A stretch of 64,000 nucleotides of DNA from Bugula neritina (lineage: Eukaryota; Animalia; Bryozoa): NCBI GenBank assembly GCA_964035545.1, contig OZ037769.1, positions 9,694,129-9,758,128 of the forward strand. Direction: 5' to 3'. A program made the position numbers and the translations under genes. This document shows positions 59,686 through 64,000 of the stretch, piece by piece. The stretch's first letter is position 1, and each line of letters begins with the position of its first letter. The notes beneath the pieces were generated by a model. That model ran no database searches, was not told the DNA's origin, and worked only from the letters and a program-made list of their open reading frames with translations.

Positions 59686-62600
59686 TATACTGTAATATAC
59701 AGTAATGTACTGTAGAATATTGAAACATACTGAAACATACTGCAACATACTGAAACATACTGAGACATACTGAAACATACCGCAACAAACCGAAACATTC
59801 GGTAACATACTGAAATATACTAGAACATACCGAAACATATTGCAACATGAAAAAATATACTGTAACACACTGAAATATACGGCAAAACACTGGATTATGT
59901 TGTATCATACTGAAGCATACTGTAACATATTGAAATATAGTGCAACATACTGAAAAACACTGCAACATAGCGAAATACACTGCAACATTTTGAAATACAC
60001 TGTAATATTTTGAAATACACTGCAACACATTGAAAAATACTGCAACATACTGAAGTATACTGCGAGACATTGAAATATACTGCCACATAATGAAATATGC
60101 TGTAGCATACTGAAATACACTGCAACTCACTGAAATATAGTGCAATATACGGAAATGTACTGTAACATGCTGAAATATACTGTAACACACTGAAGTATAC
60201 TGTAATATACAGTAATGTACTGTAGAATATTGAAACATACTGAAACATACTGCAACATACTAAAACATACTGAGACATACTGAAACATACCGCAACAAAC
60301 CGAAATATTCGGTAACATACTGAAATATACTAGAACATACCGAAACATATTGCAACATGAAAAAATATACTGTAACACACTGAAATATACGGCAAAACAC
60401 TGGATTATGTTGTAACATACTGAAGCATACTGTAACATATTGAAATATACTGCAACATACTGAAAAACACTGCAACATACCGAAATACACTGCAACATTT
60501 TGAAATACACTGTAATATTTTGAAATACACTGCAACACATTGAAAAATACTGCAACATACTGAAGTATACTGCGAGACATTGAAATATACTGCCACATAA
60601 TGAAATATGCTGTAGCATACTGAAATACACTGCAACACATTGAAGTATACTGTACTATACAGAAATGTACTGTAACATACTGAAACATTTGTCAACATAC
60701 TGAAATGTACTGCAACATGCTGAAATACACTGCACCACATTGAAATATACTGCAACATACCGAAATATATGGTAACCTACTGAAATATGTTGCAAACCAC
60801 TGAAACATACTGCGATATACTGCAACAAAATAAAATATACTGTAACACACTAAACGATACTGCAAAATGCTGAAATATACTGTAACATACTAAAACATAC
60901 TGCAACATTCTGAAATATACTGCAACATATCGAAGTATATAGTAATATACGAACATGTATTATAACATACCGAAACATACTGAAACATCCTGAAACATAC
61001 TGAAATATACTAGAACATACCGAAACATACTGCAACATAAAGAATTATAATGTAACACACTGAAATACACGGCAAAATACTGGATTATGTGGTAAAATAC
61101 TGGAACATACTGTAATGTATTGAAATATACTGCAACATACTGAAAAATACTGCAATATACTGCAAAATACTGAAACACACAGTAACATATGGAAATACAC
61201 TGCAACACAACGAAGTAAGCTGCAACATACCTAAATATACGGTAATATACTGAAAGATACTGTAACACATTGAAACACACGCATTATGGTGAAATACTCT
61301 GCAACACACTGAAGTATACTGTAATATACAAAAATGTACTGTAAAATACTGAAACATACTGAAACATACCGCAACAAACCTAAATAATTGGTAACATACT
61401 GAGATATACTGTAACACACCGAAATATACTGCAACGTACTGAAATACACTGTAAAAAACTGAAATATACTGCAACATACTGCAACATACTGAAATACACT
61501 GTAACATACCGAAATACACTGCAACACATTAGAATAAACTGCAACATACCTAGATACACGGTAATACACTGAAAGATACTGTAACACATTGAAAAACACT
61601 GCAAAATACTGAAATATGCTGTAGCACACTGAAATACAGTGCAACTCACTGAAATATAGTGTAATATACGGAAATGTGCTGTTACATACTGAAGTTTACT
61701 GTAACACACTGAAATATACTGCAACGTACTGAAATACACTGTAAAAAACTAGAATATATTGCAACATACTGCAACATACTGAAATACACTGTAAAATACT
61801 GAAATACACTGCAACACATTAGAATAAACTGCAACATGCCTAGATATATGGTAACATCCTGAAAGATACTGTAACACATTGTAAAACACTGCAACGTACT
61901 GAAATATCCTGTAGCACACTGAAATACACTGCAACTCACTGAAATATAGTGTGATATACGGAAATGTACTGTAACATACTGAAATATACTGTAACAAACT
62001 GAAGTATACTGTAATATACAGAAACATATCGCATCAAACCGAAAGATATGGTAATATACTGAAATAGGTTGCAAACCACTAAAATTTACTGCAACATACC
62101 GAAAAATACTGCAAATGTGCAACATGCTGAAATATACGGTAACATACTGAAATACACTGCAACATACCGCAACACACTGCAACATACTGAAATACACTGC
62201 AACATATTCAAATACACTGCAACACATTGAAATATACCGCAACATACCGGAATATATTGTTACCTACTGAAAAACACTGTAACACATTGAAACATACCGC
62301 ATTATAGTGAAATACTCTGCAACACACTGAAGTATACTGTAATATACAGAATTGTATTGTAAAACACTGAAACATACAACAACATACTGAAATATACTGT
62401 AACATATTGAATTACATTGGAACATACTGAATTATACTTCAACATACTGATAGATTTCTACAAATATTGAAACATACTGAAATACACTGTAACATATTGA
62501 AATACACTGCAACACATTGGAATATACTGCAAAATACCGAAATATATGGTAACCTACTAAAATATGTTGCAAACTACTGAAATATACTGCAACATTCTGC

Positions 62601-64000
62601 AACATACTAAAATATACTGCAAGATACGGCAACATACCGAAATACACTGTAACATACTGAAATACACTGCAACATACTGCAACATACTGAAATACACTGT
62701 AACATTTTGAAATACACTGCAACACATTGAGATATAGTGCAACACACTGAAACATACGGCAACATACTAAAATATACTGCGAGACATTGAAATATACTGC
62801 AACATAGTGAAATATGGGGTAGCATACTGAAATACACTGCAACACACTGGAGTATACTGTACTATACAGAAATGTACTGTAAAATACTGAAACATACAAC
62901 AACATACTGAAATATACTGCAACATATTGATTTACACTGCAACATACTGAATTATAATTGAACATACTGATAGATTTCTAAAGATACTGAAACATACTGA
63001 AATACACTGTGAAATATTGAAACACACTGCAACACATTGGAATATACTGCAAAACACCGAAATATATGGTAACCTACTGAAATATGTTGCAAACTACTGA
63101 AATATACTGCAACATACTGAAACATACTGAAACACACCGAAAAACAAACCGAAATATTTGGTAACATACTGAAATATACTGTAACATACTGAAACATACT
63201 GCAACATACTGAGCTATACTGCAACATACTGAATTATACTGCAAGATACGACAACATACCTAAATACACTGTAACATACTGAAATACACTGCAACATACT
63301 GCAACGTACTGCAACATACTGAAATACACTGTAACAATTTGAAATAAACTGCAACACTTTGAAATATACCGCAACACACTGAAACATACGGCAACATACC
63401 GAAATATACTGCGAGACACTGAAATATACTGCAACATAGTGAAATATGCTGTAGCATACTGAAATACACTGCAACACACTGGAGTATACTGTACTGGACA
63501 GAAATGTACTGTAACATACTGAAACATGCGTCAACATACTGAAAGGTACTGCAACACGCTGAATTACACTGCAACATACTGCAACATACTGAAATACGCT
63601 GTAACATAATGAAATACACTGCAACATACTGCAACATACTGCAACATACTGAAATACACTGTAACAATTTGAAATAAACTGCAACACTTTGAAATATACC
63701 GCAACACACTGAAACATACGGCAACATACCGAAATATACTGCGAGACACTGAAATATACTGCAACATAGTGAAATATGCTGTAGCATACTGAAATACACT
63801 GCAACACACGGGAGTAAACTGTACTATACAGAAACGTACTGTAACATACTGAAACATACGTCAACATACTGAAATGTACTGCAACATGGTGAAATACACT
63901 GCAACACATTGCAATATACTGCAACATACCGAAATATATGGTAATCTACTGAAATATGTTGCAAACCACTGATACATACTGCAATATACTGCAGCGAAAT
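59686..64000. repeat. Satellite resumes; continues the 1990-bp unit to ~61070, then more diverged decamers with a 330-bp duplication (63234/63564)
   Basis: ORF pairs 48999/60405 and 49444/60850 offset by 11406. Distal part carries more unique variants. Confidence 0.97.

Noticed and set aside
3127-63927. Hundreds of minus-strand ORFs (MLQYISVCCSIFQYVAV...) as real genes
   Set aside because: They overlap in all three frames with the same peptide and follow directly from a stop-free 10/20-bp repeat. No gene structure is present.
3017-64000. Telomeric repeat array
   Set aside because: The unit is not G-rich, is heterogeneous and shows multi-kb duplications, unlike telomerase products.

Overview
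Eukaryotic (probably invertebrate) AT-rich, repeat-dense DNA with no recognisable host gene. Bases 1-3002 are the 3' part of a Ty3/Gypsy (Mag-like) LTR retrotransposon: an uninterrupted pol frame (RT-RNaseH-integrase), a PPT and a 200-bp 3' LTR. About 50 kb (3017-45595, 47373-50271, 59686-64000) is one satellite array of a 10-bp unit (CATACTGAAA / TATACTGCAA). It is built from reshuffled variant modules and layered multi-kb higher-order duplications (2079, 2922, 6126/5575, 4344, 1990 bp). The hundreds of minus-strand 'MLQYISVCCSIFQY' ORFs are artefacts of that unit. Two cut-and-paste elements interrupt the array, and both have empty-site paralogs inside the window. The first is a 1777-bp non-autonomous hAT (16-bp TIR, 8-bp TSD). 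The second is a 9414-bp CACAG...CTGTG element with a TA TSD. It is nested: it contains a ~4.1-kb ISL2EU/PHIS-like element with ~630-bp near-perfect inverted arms (1.3-1.5 kb including degenerate parts) and a decayed DDE transposase, which in turn contains a 547-bp solo LTR with heat-shock-element-like motifs. A short relative of the CACAG element sits inside the hAT. I found no evidence of a new protein-coding system; the interest lies in TE nesting, insertion chronology and satellite architecture.
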